A stretch of 38,608 bases of DNA from Catajapyx aquilonaris (lineage: Eukaryota), in NCBI GenBank assembly GCA_000934665.2, contig JYFJ02000185.1, forward strand, positions 124,001 to 162,608, read 5' to 3'. The position numbers and the translations under genes were made by a program. The notes below the pieces were generated by a model. The model saw nothing but the letters and a program-made list of their open reading frames with translations. It had not been told where the DNA came from and did not search any database. This document shows positions 36,097 to 38,608 of the stretch, piece after piece. How positions within the stretch are numbered: position 1 is the first letter of the stretch; every line of letters starts with the position of its first letter.

Positions 36097-38520
36097 TTAT
36101 GCCTCTCCGGAAGAATCGCCTACTGCAAGAGCCTTAGAATCTGCACGATGAAATTCAATGAAGACCCGGTAGAGAGCAGCTCCAACCACGCCGCCGACCA
36201 ATGGTCCCACAACCGGAATCCAGAAGTAATAGCTGCCATAACTGAAATATGGATTGAAAGAAAACACTTAGAACCAAACTGTAAAATCATGTAAAAGCTA
36301 TGAAACCATTCGTAGAAATTACCTCACAAAAAAAATTGTAAACGTCCCACAAAAAAAAATTATTTTTTTTGCGAATTCATTCGTAATAAAAGCCCCCTAA
36401 TAATGTGGTGTTAACTTACGTAAAGGTTTCTGTTCCCCATCCGGCCATGAGAGTGAATATCCTGGGGGCCAAATCTCGAGCTGGATTGATGGCGTATCCG
36501 CAGTTGTACCCGAAGCAAGATCCGATGATCAGGACCAAGAATCCGACGTAAAATGGGACCAGGTACTGGGGCACCATCATGTTTGAGGGGTCGGTTATGG
36601 CGTTGACGCCCAGAAGAAGTCCGGCAGTGCCAACCACCTTTAAAATAAATCAGAAATTAATTATGATTTGACATTTTTTTAAATGGTAAAGTTTGCTACA
36701 AACCTGGTCAAAAAATCCGCCCCATATTCCCAGGTATTCTTGAGGGTAGGTGGCCCATATTCCAGCTGTGCCAGGTGTTGTGTATCCGAAGGTTGTCAGT
36801 GCGTCTGCCGAAATAATATTTGTGATTAACATTTCGAACAGTGATCAAATCAAAATTGAACTTACCGTAATAGACCAAGTAGACGACGACTGAGGCCAAA
36901 AATGAACCTAGGAACTGCGACATTATGTAAAACGGAACTTTCTTCCATTCGAACTTCCCAATGACTGCCTGTGCGAAGCTGACTGCAGGGTTCAGGTGAC
37001 CACCTGCAAAAAATGGGGAAAAAGTCAAGAAATCTGAAGATTAAAGAGCGTTTAAATTTTAATGGGAGCGATTTTTTGAAGACTAGGCCATCGAACGGTT
37101 AGGCTATATAATCTCCTCTTTTAAGTGCCGGGAAGATTATGGCTCGAACCAAGTGCCTGCCATAAATTTGAAGGGTCATTTGACAAATTGACTATAGCAA
37201 TCTCTCCCCAGTCTTTTCAGGCCAAACCCTTACCAGAAATTCCTCCGGACACGAGGACGCCCATGGTGACCGCAAGCCCCCAAGAGATGTTGATGGACAG
37301 GAAAGTTCCAAATCTTCCACCACTAAGCACACTCTGGGCCACCGATGCGGTTCCAAAAAGCTGCGAATTATTAAATTTTATTAGTGTTAACAGTTTCAGC
37401 TTTTTCTCCCTCAGGAGGAAATTGACTCGACGGAAACCCAATCTGGCGAATCGATTGGTGTCTTCCCCCGCAAAATCAAAGAGGGCCAATTTACCCATGG
37501 CAGCACCCTGCAGCAAGCCAGCGGCTATGATAGTAATTAATCAATTTTGGCTGGAAATCTGGTTTCATCTTTGGTAAAGGAAATGGGCAAATTTCCCTTC
37601 CCACACCATATCGCATAAGGCGATCGAGGGCAGTTGTTCATTAAAACCCCCGCAACAAATGTTGCTTACAAGCGGGTTACATTGGACAGGTCTGGTCGTG
37701 TAATAAAAGGAATGGGAGTATCAATAGGTCGTACTGCACACCGGTTTTCCGATGATTAATCTGGCCTTGACCGTTATAATTTTGGGCGTGGTCATTCCCT
37801 GCCATTTATTCTTTAACAAAAAAAAGTAATGGCAGATCCATTTTGCTTCACAATTAGGTCATAAAAGGTGCGGCTTCGGGTTAAGTAGAAATCAATGTAA
37901 TCTCATAATCACATTGGCTCCTGTCGCTTCCGTTTAGCAAGAAAAAAATGTAGAGAAAAAAACCCAGTGCCGTTTGCGGCCGGTATTATCTAATACGCGT
38001 CACTTCACTGTTGAGATATTTGCACACTACGCTGACCTTCACCCCCTCCCACAATATCCGCATTTGCAATCAAAAAGAGGAAGCATTGGTGGCGAACGTG
38101 ACAGGAGGACCGATATTAAATTGGCCAGTTCAATTGTACCAAACTCTCGGGATTTTAAAATCGGACGCCACGCTTAAAACCGGAAGCAAAAAGTTTCAGA
38201 AGCACTTTGAAAACAGAGGTTAGCCATTCGATGTAACAGTGGGCTAGATTCCCCCCAAAAAATTGGATGTAGCACTTTTTACGTTTAAAAAAATGTATGC
38301 TCAAAGCATCATGCCGGATACATTTTACATCCAACCAAAATCTTCCCAAGTAAATTTTGGAAGACAGATTCCCATGAAATCTTTCAAATCCAGCGTATGT
38401 TCACATCGGAAGTGGTTAACCTCTCAGATTACGATGGAGACTCACCATGAGCACAAAAGTTCCGAGTATTTCGGCGAGGCACTCCTGACCCAACTGACTC
38501 TTGACCCTAAGGTTGGGCAT
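36097..38520 (-). CDS. Aquaglyceroporin (MIP family, AQP3/7/9/10/GlpF-like), paralog B; complement(join(36097..36241,36420..36637,36704..36804,36866..37003,37234..37360,38446..38520)), 267 aa
   Basis: Six exons (75,127,138,101,218,145 nt = 804 nt) with GT-AG introns join in frame: MPNLRVKSQLGQECLAEILGTFVLM/LFGTASVAQSVLSGGRFGTFLSINISWGLAVTMGVLVSGGISG/GHLNPAVSFAQAVIGKFEWKKVPFY...VYYD/ALTTFGYTTPGTAGIWATYPQEYLGIWGGFFDQ/VVGTAGLL...[15 protein letters not shown]...ETFT/YGSYYFWIPVVGP...GEA*. Start context gcagccATG. Intron positions and phases match paralog A. The N-terminus could extend further (frame is open up to an acceptor at 38586). Confidence 0.95.
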
Positions 38521-38608
38521 GGCTGCTTGTGTAGTACTCGGTGGAGCTGTCGGGATGGTCTTCCAGTGTTGTCCAGAGACGACGGCTGAGTGACAGAAAG
38601 AAAGCCCC

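Noticed and set aside
37125..37577. 150-aa + strand ORF (and 27960..28259, 30229..30474, 38263..38589)
   Set aside because: Antisense shadows of aquaglyceroporin exons.
1..38608. CRISPR array, operon, rRNA, or autonomous transposase/reverse transcriptase gene
   Set aside because: No regularly spaced repeat-spacer array, no long ORFs, no DDE/RT motifs recognised; gene structure is spliceosomal.

Overview
Eukaryotic (animal-like, probably invertebrate) genomic DNA with GT-AG introns; no prokaryotic gene structure. The only confidently supported protein-coding genes are two tandem, minus-strand, six-coding-exon aquaglyceroporins (MIP family, AQP3/7/9/10/GlpF-like): paralog A at 27520..30458 (304 aa) and paralog B at 36097..38520 (267 aa). 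I reconstructed both by hand with in-frame splice junctions. They share intron positions and a W-G-Y-R ar/R filter but differ by loop indels and tail length. The left ~17 kb has no recognisable protein-coding gene. It holds a visibly CpG-depleted block with a ~2 kb tandem duplication (each copy carrying a TE insertion absent from the other), a ~1.8 kb and a ~1.2 kb imperfect palindrome, several MITE-like elements and hairpins, and exon-like cassettes that may belong to spliced non-coding transcripts. I cannot demonstrate a novel system from sequence alone. The best leads are (i) a possible hairpin-RNA/lncRNA locus at ~9.5-16 kb and (ii) a phase-1 upstream acceptor shared by both aquaglyceroporins, with an in-frame uORF in paralog A. 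All alignments and counts were done by eye.
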